From the NCBI GenBank assembly GCA_963841915.1, contig CAWJEN010000006.1, forward strand, positions 192,001-256,000: a DNA stretch of 64,000 nt, written 5' to 3'. The stretch is from an uncultured Planctomycetota bacterium. GTDB lineage: Bacteria; Planctomycetota; Phycisphaerae; Tepidisphaerales; Tepidisphaeraceae. The notes under the pieces are model-generated. The model made no database searches and was not told where the DNA came from. It saw only the letters and a program-made list of their open reading frames with translations. Position 1 is the first letter of the stretch, and each line of letters starts with the position of its first letter. This document shows positions 20,079 to 32,732 of the stretch, piece by piece. The position numbers and the translations under genes are program-made.

Positions 20079-20369
20079 TTGAGCGGGTAGAACCCTGAGC
20101 CTTCGATGAGGGAAGCCGCAGCGGGAAGTCCTTCAAGTCCAGTTCCGGATGAAGCATGCCGGCTGTCGCGACCTTCTACAAAAGCGGACCGTGATGCTCT
20201 CCTGAGCCGGACAGCAACTGTGCCGATCGCGTCTTGGCCCCGACTAATCTGCACTCGACATCGGCATGAGGCCTCACCACGCTTCGCTCAAAGATGCAAC
20301 TGACGCACGCCGTCGTCACAACAACGTTGCCGCAGCACGCGGCTGATACACACTGTTCACTACTACAGC

Positions 20370-21125
20370 ATGAAGCTCCAGAAACTCGCCAAGCCGTTCG
20401 CCCTTGTTGCCGCCTGTGCGGTTGCCATCGGGTGTGCCACCACCGCCTCCGCTGACCACCACGAAAAGGGTGAAGTCAAGTCCGGCAGCGACGCGTTGAC
20501 CCGTCTCATGGAGGGCAACGGCCGCTTCGTCGCGGGTGAAGCCACCGCAGTCATGAGCATTGACGAGCGGGCTGAGCTGGCCAACGGCCAGTCGCCCTAC
20601 GCGATCATCGTCTCGTGCGCCGACAGCCGGGTTGCTCCGGAGCTTGCCTTCGACGCCAACCCTGGCGATCTGTTCGTCATCCGCGTCGCCGGCAACATTG
20701 TCGACGACTACGAGCTGGCCAGCATCGAGTACGCCGTTGCCGTCCTGAAGTCGCCGCTGCTGGTGGTCATGGGGCACGAGTCTTGCGGTGCCGTCGGCGC
20801 AGCCGTCAAGAGCGAGAAGGACGGCGAGAACTACCCGGGTCACATCCACGACCTCGTCGAGGCCATTCGCCCCGCCGTCCGTAAGGCCATGGATCACACG
20901 AAGGGTGACGATCTGCTCGATGTCGCCGTTCAGGAGAACGTCCGTTTGGTCGTCGATCAGATGGAGAACAGCCAGCCGATCATCGGTCCGGCCATCAAGG
21001 GTGGCAACCTCAAGGTTGTTCCGGCCCGCTACGACCTCAACACGGGCGAAGTCACCGTCGTCTCCATGGACGATGCCGACCACCACGAGGGTCACGACCA
21101 CGCCGACCACAAGCACGGCAACTGA
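20370..21125 (+). CDS. Beta-class carbonic anhydrase, exported
   Basis: CADSRV and GHESCGAV zinc ligands, RVAGN; N-terminal signal or lipobox-like sequence; His-rich tail. Confidence 0.9.
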   Translation: MKLQKLAKPFALVAACAVAIGCATTASADHHEKGEVKSGSDALTRLMEGNGRFVAGEATAVMSIDERAELANGQSPYAIIVSCADSRVAPELAFDANPGDLFVIRVAGNIVDDYELASIEYAVAVLKSPLLVVMGHESCGAVGAAVKSEKDGENYPGHIHDLVEAIRPAVRKAMDHTKGDDLLDVAVQENVRLVVDQMENSQPIIGPAIKGGNLKVVPARYDLNTGEVTVVSMDDADHHEGHDHADHKHGN

Positions 21126-21249
21126 CAGCGCCATCAGGCAAAGCCACTTCAGTGGCCTTGTCCGGCCGAGCACCATCTCGCGCGTGACCAACCCGTCCGC
21201 GTGAGACTTCGACCCACAACCGGGTCCCACACCAACACCAACGACACCA

Positions 21250-21540
21250 ATGCCCAGCCTCAACCCCCTCAACGACCGCATCGTCGTCCGCCAACTTGAA
21301 GCCGAAGAAGTGACCAAGAGCGGCATCGTGCTTCCCGACGCAGCCAAGGAAAAGCCCACCCGCGGCACCGTCATCGCCACCGGCCCCGGCAAGTCCGACG
21401 ACAACGGCAAGCGGACTGCTGTCGGTGTCAAAGAAGGCGAAGTCGTCGTCTACGGCAAGTACAGCGGCACCGAGATCGAGCTCGACGGTGACAAGTTCGT
21501 CCTGCTCCGCGAGAGCGACCTGCTCGGCGTGCTCGAATAA
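21250..21540 (+). CDS. groS: Co-chaperonin GroES
   Basis: PLNDRIVV, TKSGIVLPD, KYSGTE. Confidence 0.97.
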   Translation: MPSLNPLNDRIVVRQLEAEEVTKSGIVLPDAAKEKPTRGTVIATGPGKSDDNGKRTAVGVKEGEVVVYGKYSGTEIELDGDKFVLLRESDLLGVLE

Positions 21541-21640
21541 GCACACCGTTTCCAATACACGCTTTCCAATACACGCTGCCGTTTGCTAACGCGGGCGGCG
21601 ACGCTTCTGCGACCGACACTCCAACCACTGCAATAAAATC

Positions 21641-23266
<1,626 letters not shown>

Positions 23267-23372
23267 GTGATTAAATGCGACTCCGAGCGGCACGAGGCCG
23301 ACCGCCTCGTGCCGCTCTTTTGCCGGCGACGTTTTGGCGAACCGCCGGGCCTGACCGAAGTAAGACTGCTCC

Positions 23373-24566
23373 ATGTCCTCCGCCACCAGCACCAAGCGCG
23401 ACTACTACGAGGTTCTCAGCGTCGACCGATCGGCGACTGTGGTCGAGATCAAGAAGTCGTACCGCCGGCTTGCAATGAAGTTCCACCCGGACCGCAATGG
23501 TGGCGACGCAGAGGCCGACACGAAGTTTCGCGAGTGTGCCGAGGCGTACGAGGTGCTCTCCGACGACCAGAAACGCGCCCGCTACGACCGCTTCGGCCAT
23601 GAAGGCGTTAAGGGCCAGGCACACGACTTCCGCCATGCCGACGTCTCGGACATCTTCGACGCGTTCGGCGACATTTTCGGCTTCAGCGGCATGGGCGGGG
23701 GCGGACGACGAGGCGGACGCCAAGGCCCACGTGCCGGAGCAGACCTTGAAACAACCGTCGAGCTCACGCTTGAGGAAGTTGCCGTCGGCGTCGAAAAGAC
23801 GCTGGAGTTCGACCGACGCGAGATCTGCGAAAGGTGCGAAGGCAACGGCCTCAAAGAAGGCGCATCGCCGTCGACGTGCTCGACCTGCAACGGCCAGGGT
23901 CGTGTAGCCCAGCAAGGGCTTGGCGGCATGTTTCGGATGGTCGTCGCCTGCCCCGCCTGCCGCGGTCGAGGCGTAAAGGCCGACCCGAGCGACGCTTGCC
24001 CCAAGTGCGACGGAGACGGTCGAACGACCGAAACCCGCAAAGTCAGCGTCAAAGTTCCCGCAGGCGTCCACGAAGGCCAAGCCGTCCGCATCGGCGGCGA
24101 GGGTGAGCCCGGCTCGACCCGCGAAGCGCCGTCCGGTGACCTCATCTGCTACATCAGCGTCGCCAACCACCCGGTCTTCACGCGGCACGATCGCGACCTT
24201 GTTTGTCAGGTGCCCGTCAGCTTCACGACAGCCGCCCTGGGTGGTCGGCTCGATGTACCGACGCTTGCCGAGCCGTCGAACAACGGTCGCCAAACGCTCG
24301 GCCAAGGCAGCCTCGACATCGACGCCGGTACGCAACACGGCGAGGTGTTCAAGATGCGCAGCAAGGGCCTGCCCGACGTCAGGGGCGGCCGCCGAGGCGA
24401 TCTGATGGTCCAGGTGCTCGTCGAGATTCCCAAGCAGCTCGACGACAAGCAGCGTGACCTGCTGAACCAATTCGCCGAGACCGAAGACGACAACCACAAC
24501 CGCCACGCGATGCCGCAGCGCAAGGGCTTTTTGAAAAAGCTCAAGACGATGCTCGCCGGCGACTAG
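23373..24566 (+). CDS. dnaJ: Chaperone DnaJ
   Basis: J domain with HPD, G/F region, four CxxCxGxG repeats. Confidence 0.96.
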   Translation: MSSATSTKRDYYEVLSVDRSATVVEIKKSYRRLAMKFHPDRNGGDAEADTKFRECAEAYEVLSDDQKRARYDRFGHEGVKGQAHDFRHADVSDIFDAFGDIFGFSGMGGGGRRGGRQGPRAGADLETTVELTLEEVAVGVEKTLEFDRREICERCEGNGLKEGASPSTCSTCNGQGRVAQQGLGGMFRMVVACPACRGRGVKADPSDACPKCDGDGRTTETRKVSVKVPAGVHEGQAVRIGGEGEPGSTREAPSGDLICYISVANHPVFTRHDRDLVCQVPVSFTTAALGGRLDVPTLAEPSNNGRQTLGQGSLDIDAGTQHGEVFKMRSKGLPDVRGGRRGDLMVQVLVEIPKQLDDKQRDLLNQFAETEDDNHNRHAMPQRKGFLKKLKTMLAGD

Positions 24567-24606
24567 ATCGCGACGCCCGCTACTTCTCCGCACACCACGA
24601 CTTCCC

Positions 24607-25164
24607 ATGAGCGACCCGAACCCGCAGGCGACCCCGGAACTGAACGACTACGTCGAAGACGCCGACGCCGAGACGTCGCAGAACACGCCGGCCGAAGAAG
24701 AAGCTGTCGACGAGCTGGAGCTGCTCCGCCAGGAGAATGGCGAGCTGCGCAACATGCTCGCCCGCAAGCAGGCCGACTACCAGAACAGTCAGCGGCGGCT
24801 CGAAAAGGACGCGTCGCAACGCCTCAAGGTCGCCGCAGGCCAACTCGTGCGCGAGTTCCTGCCCGTCGTCGACAACCTCGAGCGGGCGCTGGACGTGCCC
24901 GACACAGTCGACGTCGCGACCGTGCTTAATGGCGTCCGCGGCACCTACACGCAGCTCGTCGATGTGCTCAAGACGAATGGCGTTGAATCCATCGCCCCGG
25001 AGGTCGACGAGCCGTTCAATCCCGAGCATCACGAGGCGCTCATGCAGGAGCCGCGTAATCCAGCACCCGACACGCAGGTCGTAACGCGTGTCCTGCAAAA
25101 GGGCTACAGCTTCGACGGTCGGGTCATCCGTCCGGCTCAGGTTGCGGTCAGTGCCTCTGCCTGA
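24607..25164 (+). CDS. grpE: Nucleotide exchange factor GrpE
   Basis: ADYQN, LPVVDNLERAL, FNPEHHEAL, QKGY...RPAQVAV. Confidence 0.95.
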   Translation: MSDPNPQATPELNDYVEDADAETSQNTPAEEEAVDELELLRQENGELRNMLARKQADYQNSQRRLEKDASQRLKVAAGQLVREFLPVVDNLERALDVPDTVDVATVLNGVRGTYTQLVDVLKTNGVESIAPEVDEPFNPEHHEALMQEPRNPAPDTQVVTRVLQKGYSFDGRVIRPAQVAVSASA

Positions 25165-25572
25165 CCCCAGACGTACGGCAGCTCGGATATCGGTAAGCCC
25201 CTGGAGCTTTGCCACACCGGCAGCGGCCCTGTAATGCGGGATCTAGTATTGACACAGACGTAACTTGTAGTAACTTACGCCTTAGAGGAGGCGCTGCGGC
25301 CTGCGCTGTGCAGGTTTGCGAGGCGCGTCGCAGAGGCGCTTCAGGAGGCAATGAGCGGTCAACGAGGGTAGAGCGTCACCTGTTTTTGCAGAGGCGTAGA
25401 GCCGGTGTCGCACCTGATGAGGTGCCGTCCCGGCAGATGCGCCATGCGTTACAGGCCAAGCACGGCTTGGCAGCAGATGCGTCGACACCTTGCAACCCGC
25501 TGTTGTTTCACCGAAGGCCTACGTCGACTTATCACATTGAGCGCTTTGCTCACCACAACATTCGGAGGAATC

Positions 25573-26622
25573 ATGCAACTAAACCTAACCGTCGCCACCA
25601 CCACGATCGCCGCCCTCGCTCTTGCCGCCAGCGCGACGAGTGCTCAGCTTACGTTCAACGACGACTTCACCGCCGGCGCGACGCTGGCCGACAACTACAC
25701 CTACTTCGTCCTCGACAACGACTTCGCCACTGCCGGCAATCAGAACCTGCCAGGCGGCGGGACGAACACGCTCTCGGAGACCGGCGGCGCGTTCAACCTC
25801 ACCGCGTCCGGCGTTGACCTCACGAGCAGCTCCGGCGGCGCCTTTAACTTCACCCGCCTGACCCGCAGCGAAAGTCCTGACTCGGCCTTTGACCTCACGC
25901 AGCCTTCGTCGCTGACCATCGACGTCGCCAACCTTGACAACCTCTTCTTCGACGCCATCCAGCGGCCCGTCGTCTTTGGATTCGGCGACACCGTCCCGGC
26001 CATCAATGTTCAGGTTCAGGCCCGCTTCAACGGCGGCATGGTTCAGTCGATCATCGACGTCCTCGACAGCGACGGCAACATGCTCGCGCCGCGCACGACG
26101 ACCGTGCTCAACCCCAACAACAACCTGCTCACGCTCAATCTCGATGACGACAGCTTCAGCGTCGACTTCGGCACTGCCACCGTCATCGGCGACACGCTTC
26201 ACAACCTCACTTTTGACTCGGCCAACGACGGCAAGCCTTTCTTCGAAGCCCGCACCGTCTTTGGCGGCGACACGGCTAACTTCCTCGTCCAAAGCTTCTC
26301 CGGCAGCGGCTTTGCCGTCATCGACGACATGCGCCTGCCCGGCGACGCTAACGGTGACGGCACCGTCTCCATCCTCGACTTCGCCATCCTGCGGGCCAAC
26401 TTCGGCAGCAACATGGGCACCTTCGAGACCGGCGACTTCAACGAAGACGGCCTTGTTTCCATCCTCGACTTCGCCATCCTTCGCGCCAACTTCGGCACGA
26501 GCCTGACGCCGGCACAACTGGCAACGGTCGACGCCTGGTACGCCAGCGTGGTCCCCGAGCCGACGACCGCCGCCCTGTTCGCCCTTGGCGGACTGGCGAT
26601 GCTGCGTCGTCGCCGCGCTTGA
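25573..26622 (+). CDS. Secreted PEP-CTERM protein with dockerin-like domain
   Basis: GGAGG RBS, signal peptide, duplicated SILDFAILRANFG, VPEPTT...LRRRRA. Confidence 0.85.
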   Translation: MQLNLTVATTTIAALALAASATSAQLTFNDDFTAGATLADNYTYFVLDNDFATAGNQNLPGGGTNTLSETGGAFNLTASGVDLTSSSGGAFNFTRLTRSESPDSAFDLTQPSSLTIDVANLDNLFFDAIQRPVVFGFGDTVPAINVQVQARFNGGMVQSIIDVLDSDGNMLAPRTTTVLNPNNNLLTLNLDDDSFSVDFGTATVIGDTLHNLTFDSANDGKPFFEARTVFGGDTANFLVQSFSGSGFAVIDDMRLPGDANGDGTVSILDFAILRANFGSNMGTFETGDFNEDGLVSILDFAILRANFGTSLTPAQLATVDAWYASVVPEPTTAALFALGGLAMLRRRRA

Positions 26623-26742
26623 GCAAGACGATGCCGTCTTGAGAGAACTTAATCGGCTATACGGCCTACCGCTCTGCCTCCTCCCGCCCCGCCGCAGGCT
26701 CATCGTCTGCGGCGGGGCGTTCTTCTGCGTGGCGGGCGACGG

Positions 26743-28032
26743 TCATCGTTCAGCGGCGAGCCGCTCGGCGATGCGTCGCCTGACGTCGCTCACGGTCACC
26801 CCTGACGCCAAATCCGAGGCAGCGGTTTCAAGGGCGAGGCCGAGCGTGGCAGCACCCTCGAGAAAGTCTGCATCGTGCGGCGGCAGATCGACGTGTGGCG
26901 CGAGCTGCCGAAATAACACCCGCGGCGGGCCGGTGACGTAGTACGGATCTGACGCAGGCTCGACCGCCAGCTCGAGCAACGGCGGCACGATGTCGGTCGC
27001 CGCCGATCGTGCACCGACAGCTTCCGGCGATGCGGCGATATACGTCAGCAACGCGATGGCCGCATCGACGTTGGGCGTGCCCGCGGGAACGGCCAGCATT
27101 GTCGCGCCCCAACCGGCCGTCGGCGGACCGTCGAGCGTCCAGCGCGGCAGCGGCATCAAGGCGACCTTCCCGGCCAGCTGCGGGGCCGACAAACGCAAAT
27201 AGGCCGATCGCCAGTCGGGAAGCCAAAGCGTCGCCACATCCCCGGCGGCAAAGTCGGCCGCCCACCTGCCGTGCCCTGCGGCCGTCGGTTTGGCCGCACC
27301 GTCGGCCAGCAGATCGGCAAGCAGCATCACTGAGTCAACAACGGCAGGCGTGTCGAGCGGACCGTCAAAGTCGTGCTGCGCCTGCTGGAGCAGCAGCGTC
27401 AGATGATCACTCTTCGTGAGCGTCGCCTCAAGAGCTGCCATGTGCGGCTCGCCGCGTGCCGCCCGTTTCGCCTTGTAATCTCGGCAAAGCTGGGAAAACT
27501 GTGCCCACGTCGCCGCTTGCGTCGGGTCGAGGCCGACCTCTTGCCAGAGGTCGACGCGATACGCCAAGGCCACTGGGTGGACGTCGATCGGCAGGCCGTA
27601 CATAACGCCGTCGCGTTGCCAGAGCCGCAGCCGGCTCTGCAGGAATCGCTGCATCACATCCCCGCTGATGAAGTCGTCGAGCGGCACGAACGGCCGATCC
27701 TGACCGAGCAGCCGCGTGGCCGACACAACGTCAAGCTGCACGACATCGGGCAGGCCGGACGGGTCACCCGACCACATCGTGCCTAGTCGCACGTCCATCG
27801 CCCGTCGATCGAGAACCTGAGCCGCAACGGTGCGGCCGGTTACCTGCTCGAAGCTGTCGAGCGGCGACGGGTCGCCCTGCCGAAGGGCATCGGCACTGGT
27901 TTGGGCAAAGGTCCAGAATTGCTGATCCGCCTTCGGTGGCGACGGCAACATCGCCAGCGTCGCTCCCGCCAGAAGGGTGACCGCCAGCAACAGCGTCGCC
28001 GGGAGCCCGAGCCGGTCGATCAGGGAACGCAC
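26743..28032 (-). CDS. ABC transporter (sugar-type) substrate-binding protein
   Basis: N-terminal TM, LPDVVQL, YGLPIDVHPVALAYRVDL, GWGATML; start uncertain. Confidence 0.75.
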   Translation of the reverse strand: MRSLIDRLGLPATLLLAVTLLAGATLAMLPSPPKADQQFWTFAQTSADALRQGDPSPLDSFEQVTGRTVAAQVLDRRAMDVRLGTMWSGDPSGLPDVVQLDVVSATRLLGQDRPFVPLDDFISGDVMQRFLQSRLRLWQRDGVMYGLPIDVHPVALAYRVDLWQEVGLDPTQAATWAQFSQLCRDYKAKRAARGEPHMAALEATLTKSDHLTLLLQQAQHDFDGPLDTPAVVDSVMLLADLLADGAAKPTAAGHGRWAADFAAGDVATLWLPDWRSAYLRLSAPQLAGKVALMPLPRWTLDGPPTAGWGATMLAVPAGTPNVDAAIALLTYIAASPEAVGARSAATDIVPPLLELAVEPASDPYYVTGPPRVLFRQLAPHVDLPPHDADFLEGAATLGLALETAASDLASGVTVSDVRRRIAERLAAER

Positions 28033-28068
28033 AGCCGAAGCGTACGGCGTGATCAGGAGGGACCATGG

Positions 28069-28095
28069 GAGTGGTGGTCCCACGGACCGCGGCTC
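28069..28095. repeat. REP-like palindrome (degenerate copy)
   Basis: GTGGTCCCACGGACCGCGGCTC, same family as 29913, 32533, 32665 and 58116. Confidence 0.65.
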
Positions 28096-28171
28096 TAGGC
28101 ACATCTTGTCTGTCACGACGCTCCGTCTCCTCAGTTCCCCTCATTGTCAGTCGGCCCCTTACCCTCACCCC

Positions 28172-28699
28172 GTGTCTGACGCAGAGCCGATCCCGCACAA
28201 GCCCAAGCCGCTGGCGACACTCGACCATCTGCCGCGGCTGCCGGTGGGGGATGATCCGATCCGCCCCTTCGCACCAGCCTGTGCGACGTTCCGCACGTTT
28301 CTCCGCAAGCAGGGGTTGAAGTTCACGCCTGAGCGGGCGGCGATTCTGGATGCGGTGCTGAAGCACGAGGCTTTGTTTCACGCCGATTCCATCGTCGCGG
28401 CGCTGCGTGACGGCGAGGCGCGTGGCAGCCGGGCGACGGTGTACCGCACGCTCGCCCACCTGCAGGACGCCGGCCTGTTGCGGCAGGTCGCCTTTGATGG
28501 TGCGCGGCAGGGCTACTTCGAAGTCGTCACGGGGCGCCGGGGGCCGCGTGATTATCTTGTCGACGCCGAGACGGGCGAGGTGATTCAGCTCATCGACGAC
28601 GACCTGCTGGCCGCCCGCGATGCCGCCTGCCGCAAGCTCGGATACGAGCCTGTTCGGCACCACTTCCACGTCTTTGCACGCAAGCGAGCGGCGACTTGA
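28172..28699 (+). CDS. Fur-family transcriptional regulator (atypical metal site)
   Basis: GLKFTPERAAIL, SRATVYRTL, LVDAETGEVIQ. Confidence 0.8.
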   Translation: MSDAEPIPHKPKPLATLDHLPRLPVGDDPIRPFAPACATFRTFLRKQGLKFTPERAAILDAVLKHEALFHADSIVAALRDGEARGSRATVYRTLAHLQDAGLLRQVAFDGARQGYFEVVTGRRGPRDYLVDAETGEVIQLIDDDLLAARDAACRKLGYEPVRHHFHVFARKRAAT

Positions 28700-28744
28700 A
28701 CCACCTGACTTGTCGCGCGTGTTCTATGAGGCGACGATGCCGGT

Positions 28745-29914
28745 ATGGCCGACGCTTCTGACCGACCGCTCCGCGTCGTCCACATCATCACGAGGCTCAT
28801 CGTCGGCGGTGCGCAGGAGAACACACTGCTCACCTGCGAAGGTCTGCACGACCGCGGCCACGAGGTCACACTGCTCAGCGGCCCGAGCCTCGGCCCCGAA
28901 GGCACCCTCGAAGACCGCGCTCGATCGCACGGCTATCGCTTCGAAACGATTGACCCGCTCCGCCGCAGCATTCTTCCGCGGAAGGATTGGGCGTCTTACC
29001 ACGCGCTTCGCCACCGCATTGCCGAGCTCAAACCCGATGTCGTCCACACGCACAGCAGCAAAGCCGGCATCATCGGGCGATTGGCGGCGTGGGACGAGCA
29101 TGTGCCGCACGTCATCCACACGGTGCACGGCTTGAGCTTTACTGCCAGCACGCGACGCGTCGTCAATGCCGCCTACATCCAGCTCGAGCGACTCGCTGCC
29201 AAGCGGTGTCACACAATTGTCGGCGTCGCAGACGCCATGAACCGCGAGATGCTTGACCGACATATCGGCACCGCCGACCAGTATGAGACGGTTTACAGCG
29301 GCATGGACACGCGGGCTTTTGTCGAGGCGACCCGTGAGCGGGAGGCCACCCGCAGCGACCTCGGCCTTGCTGCCGATGATGTTGCCGTCGTGACGGTCGC
29401 CCGGCTGTTTGATATGAAAGGTCATGACGATCTGCTCGCCGCTGCGCCAAAGCTGTGCGAGAACCCAAACATCAAGTTTGTTTGGGTCGGCGACGGCTCG
29501 CGACGCGGCGACTTCGAACAAGAGATCGAGCGGCTGGGCCTGAAGGACCGCTTCATCCTCGTCGGCCTTGTCGACCCGGCGGCAGTGCCGAATTACGTGG
29601 CGGCCAGTGACGTGCTGGCCCACCCGTCGCGTCGCGAGGGCCTGGCCCGTGCCCTGCCGCAGGCGGCGTTGTGCGGGTTGCCGGTCGTTTGCTACGACAT
29701 CGACGGCAACATCGAAGGTCTCGTCCAAGGCGAGAGCGGCTACGCGGTGGCGGCATTCGACACGGCGGCGTTTACCGATCGAGTCGGCGAGTTGGTGAGT
29801 GATGCCGGCAAGCGACAGCAGATGGGCGGGATCGGCCAGCAATTCGCCACCGAGCGATTTGCGAAGGAGACGATGGTCGACGCTCTGGAGCGAATCTACC
29901 GCAAGCGTCCTTGA
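28745..29914 (+). CDS. Glycosyltransferase family 4
   Basis: GGAQEN, HTHSSKAG, KGHDD, REGLARALPQA. Confidence 0.9.
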   Translation: MADASDRPLRVVHIITRLIVGGAQENTLLTCEGLHDRGHEVTLLSGPSLGPEGTLEDRARSHGYRFETIDPLRRSILPRKDWASYHALRHRIAELKPDVVHTHSSKAGIIGRLAAWDEHVPHVIHTVHGLSFTASTRRVVNAAYIQLERLAAKRCHTIVGVADAMNREMLDRHIGTADQYETVYSGMDTRAFVEATREREATRSDLGLAADDVAVVTVARLFDMKGHDDLLAAAPKLCENPNIKFVWVGDGSRRGDFEQEIERLGLKDRFILVGLVDPAAVPNYVAASDVLAHPSRREGLARALPQAALCGLPVVCYDIDGNIEGLVQGESGYAVAAFDTAAFTDRVGELVSDAGKRQQMGGIGQQFATERFAKETMVDALERIYRKRP

Positions 29915-29939
29915 GCCGCGGTCCCACGGACCGCGGCTC
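29913..29939. repeat. REP-like palindrome
   Basis: GAGCCGCGGTCC-CAC-GGACCGCGGCTC perfect hairpin. Confidence 0.8.
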
Positions 29940-30025
29940 GGGAACGTTGCACCAGAACGTGCTTCCCGGCCGCGCGCCGGATCAGACATTGGTTCGGCCC
30001 CGCGTGACGCGTACCGTCGTCGTCT

Positions 30026-32524
30026 ATGGCGAAGCGACGGCCGAAAGTGGCAAAGAAGCCCGACGAACCCACCCTTGAGGCCGAAACGGTCGACCAATCT
30101 GCCGGTCCTGTCACCGTAACGGGCCGCCCAACTGTGAGTGTCGCCGGAGGGCCACAGCAGATCGTGATCCCCGAGACGCTGCCGATTTTGCCGCTGCGCA
30201 ACCTCGTCGTCTTCCCCGGCACCGTCATGCCGCTCAACATCGGGCGGCCCAAGAGCAAGGCGCTGCTCGAAGAAGTCATGAGCGGTGAGCCCAAGATGAT
30301 CGGGGTCGTCGCCCAGCGCGACGTCGATGAAGAAGACCCCGACGCTTCCGGCCTGCACGCCATCGGCACCGTCTGCATGATCCTCAAGCTCTTCCGCCTG
30401 CCCGACGGCAATCAGTCGATTATCGTCCACGGCCACAACCGCTTCAAGCTCGACTCCATCGCCCAGACCGATCCGTTCCACATCGGCCATGTCGAACCGC
30501 TCGTCGACCACGATCCGGACGATGACGAGAGTCTGGCCCTCGTGGCCGGGATCCGTGAGCAAGCCAAGCGGCTCATCGAGCTGTCGCCCAATACGCCCGA
30601 AGAGGCGCAGCAGGTTCTGGAAAACATCCAGACGCCCGGCGCTTTAGCCGACTTTCTTGCCGCCAACTTGCCCGGTGAAGCCGACGAACGGCAGGAAGTT
30701 CTTGAAACGCTCAAGGTGCCCAAGCGTCTGCACCTTGTGGCCGAACGACTCGCGCGGCAGCTCGATGTGCTCGAGCTGCAGGACAAGATCCAGACGCAGG
30801 TCAAGAGCAATATCGACAAGACGCAGCGTCGCTTCTTCCTGCAGGAACAGATGAAGGCCATCCGCAAGGAGATGGGCGATATCGAAGAAGGTCCCGGCAA
30901 CGAAGCTGACGAGCTACGCGAACGACTCGAAGCGGCCGAACTTCCAGAGGCCGTCATGAAGGAGGCCAACCGCGAGCTGTCGCGGATGGAAACCATCCCG
31001 CAAGCCTCGCCGGAGTACGGCGTGATCCGCACGTACCTCGACATCCTCGCCGAGCTGCCTTGGAACAAGGCGACGGACGATCAGATCGATCTGACGCTGG
31101 CCCGAAAGCAGCTCGACAGCGATCACTATGGCCTGGACAAGGTCAAGAAGCGCATTCTCGAGTACCTGGCCGTCCGCAAGCTCAAGCCCGACGGTGGCGG
31201 CGCGATCCTTTGCTTCCTGGGCCCGCCCGGTGTCGGAAAAACGTCGCTCGGCAAAAGCATCGCCGAAGCGACCGGCCGCAACTTCATCCGCGTTGCGCTG
31301 GGCGGCGTCCGCGACGAATCTGAGATTCGCGGGCACAGGCGGACCTACATCGGCTCCATGCCCGGCCGCATCATCTCCGAGCTTCGCAAGGGGCAGACGA
31401 ACAACCCCGTCATGATGCTCGACGAGATCGACAAAGTCGGCAGCGACTTCCGCGGCGACCCGGCGTCGGCTTTGCTCGAAGTGCTCGACCCGGCACAGAA
31501 CCACGCCTTTACCGACCACTACCTTGACGTGCCTTTTGATTTGAGCAAGACGCTCTTCATCGCCACGGCCAACACGATGGACACCGTGCCCGGGCCGCTG
31601 CGGGACCGCATGGAGGTCATCGATATTCCCGGCTACACGCAGGCCGACAAGTTCCACATCGGCAAGACGTATCTCGTCCCACGCCAGCTTGCGAATAACG
31701 GGCTCAAGAAGTCACAAGCTCGCTTCAGCGATAAGGCGCTCCGCCTCATCATCGACGGCTACACCCGCGAAGCTGGCGTACGCAACCTTGAGCGGTCCAT
31801 TGGCAGCGTGATCCGATCCATTGCCGCAGAAATCGTCGGCGGCGAGTCGAAGAAGGTCACGGTCGACGAAGCGTACGTTGAAAAAGCCTTAGGGCCCGTC
31901 AAGTTCGAGGACGAGCTGGCCGCCCGAACCAGCGTGCCGGGTGTCGCGACAGGACTCGCCTACACGCCCTACGGCGGTGAAATTCTGTTCATCGAAGCCA
32001 CTGCCATGGTCGGCAAAGGTGCGATCACCGTCACGGGCCAGCTCGGTGACGTCATGAAGGAGTCGGCGACGGCCGCGTTCAGCCTTGTCCGCAGCCGCGC
32101 GGACCTGCTCGGCATCGACGGCGACGAACTGGCCAAAAGCGACATCCACATCCACGTCCCCGCCGGTGCCATTCCCAAAGACGGCCCGAGTGCAGGCGTG
32201 GCGATGTACACCGCCCTTGCGAGTTTGCTCTTGAAGCAGCCGGTCCGCAAAGACGTCGCCATGACCGGCGAAATCACCTTACGCGGCCTGGTCCTGCCCA
32301 TCGGCGGGCTGAAAGAAAAAGCCCTCGCCGCCAAGCGGGCCGGCATCAAGGACTGCATCATTCCCAAGCGAAACGAGAAAGATCTGGTCGACGTGCCTGA
32401 CGAGGTGAAGAAGGCCCTGCGATTCCACCCGGTCGAGCACGTCGACGAGGTGCTGGAGCTTGCTCTTGAAAAGCCGAAGGCAAAGAAGGCCGCCAAGAAG
32501 ACCGTAGAACGCACGAAACGCTAG
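30026..32524 (+). CDS. lon: ATP-dependent protease La
   Basis: LON_N domain, [28 protein letters not shown]. Confidence 0.97.
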   Translation: MAKRRPKVAKKPDEPTLEAETVDQSAGPVTVTGRPTVSVAGGPQQIVIPETLPILPLRNLVVFPGTVMPLNIGRPKSKALLEEVMSGEPKMIGVVAQRDVDEEDPDASGLHAIGTVCMILKLFRLPDGNQSIIVHGHNRFKLDSIAQTDPFHIGHVEPLVDHDPDDDESLALVAGIREQAKRLIELSPNTPEEAQQVLENIQTPGALADFLAANLPGEADERQEVLETLKVPKRLHLVAERLARQLDVLELQDKIQTQVKSNIDKTQRRFFLQEQMKAIRKEMGDIEEGPGNEADELRERLEAAELPEAVMKEANRELSRMETIPQASPEYGVIRTYLDILAELPWNKATDDQIDLTLARKQLDSDHYGLDKVKKRILEYLAVRKLKPDGGGAILCFLGPPGVGKTSLGKSIAEATGRNFIRVALGGVRDESEIRGHRRTYIGSMPGRIISELRKGQTNNPVMMLDEIDKVGSDFRGDPASALLEVLDPAQNHAFTDHYLDVPFDLSKTLFIATANTMDTVPGPLRDRMEVIDIPGYTQADKFHIGKTYLVPRQLANNGLKKSQARFSDKALRLIIDGYTREAGVRNLERSIGSVIRSIAAEIVGGESKKVTVDEAYVEKALGPVKFEDELAARTSVPGVATGLAYTPYGGEILFIEATAMVGKGAITVTGQLGDVMKESATAAFSLVRSRADLLGIDGDELAKSDIHIHVPAGAIPKDGPSAGVAMYTALASLLLKQPVRKDVAMTGEITLRGLVLPIGGLKEKALAAKRAGIKDCIIPKRNEKDLVDVPDEVKKALRFHPVEHVDEVLELALEKPKAKKAAKKTVERTKR

Positions 32525-32532
32525 TGACCCCT

Positions 32533-32691
32533 AGCCGCGGTCCCATGGACCGCCGGTCTGACGATGCGAGCAGCACCCACCGCTTGTCCTCCAGGCGGAG
32601 ACTTCACATCTGCGAAACAGCCGCCCTGTGAGGAAGCCACGAAGGCAGTGCTTCGACTCCCGGTGATCGGCAGTCCGTGGGACCGCGGCTC
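32533..32691. repeat. Inverted pair of REP-like palindromes (BIME-like)
   Basis: AGCCGCGGTCCCATGGACCGCC at 32533 and opposite-orientation GGCAGTCCGTGGGACCGCGGCTC ending at 32691. Confidence 0.7.
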
Positions 32692-32732
32692 TTGGGTCGC
32701 TGCAAATGCAAGGGTGCTTACGGTACTCGACC

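Noticed and set aside
21549..21576. 14-bp tandem duplication TTTCCAATACACGC between groES and groEL2
   Set aside because: Only two copies and no recognisable motif; probably a slippage duplication
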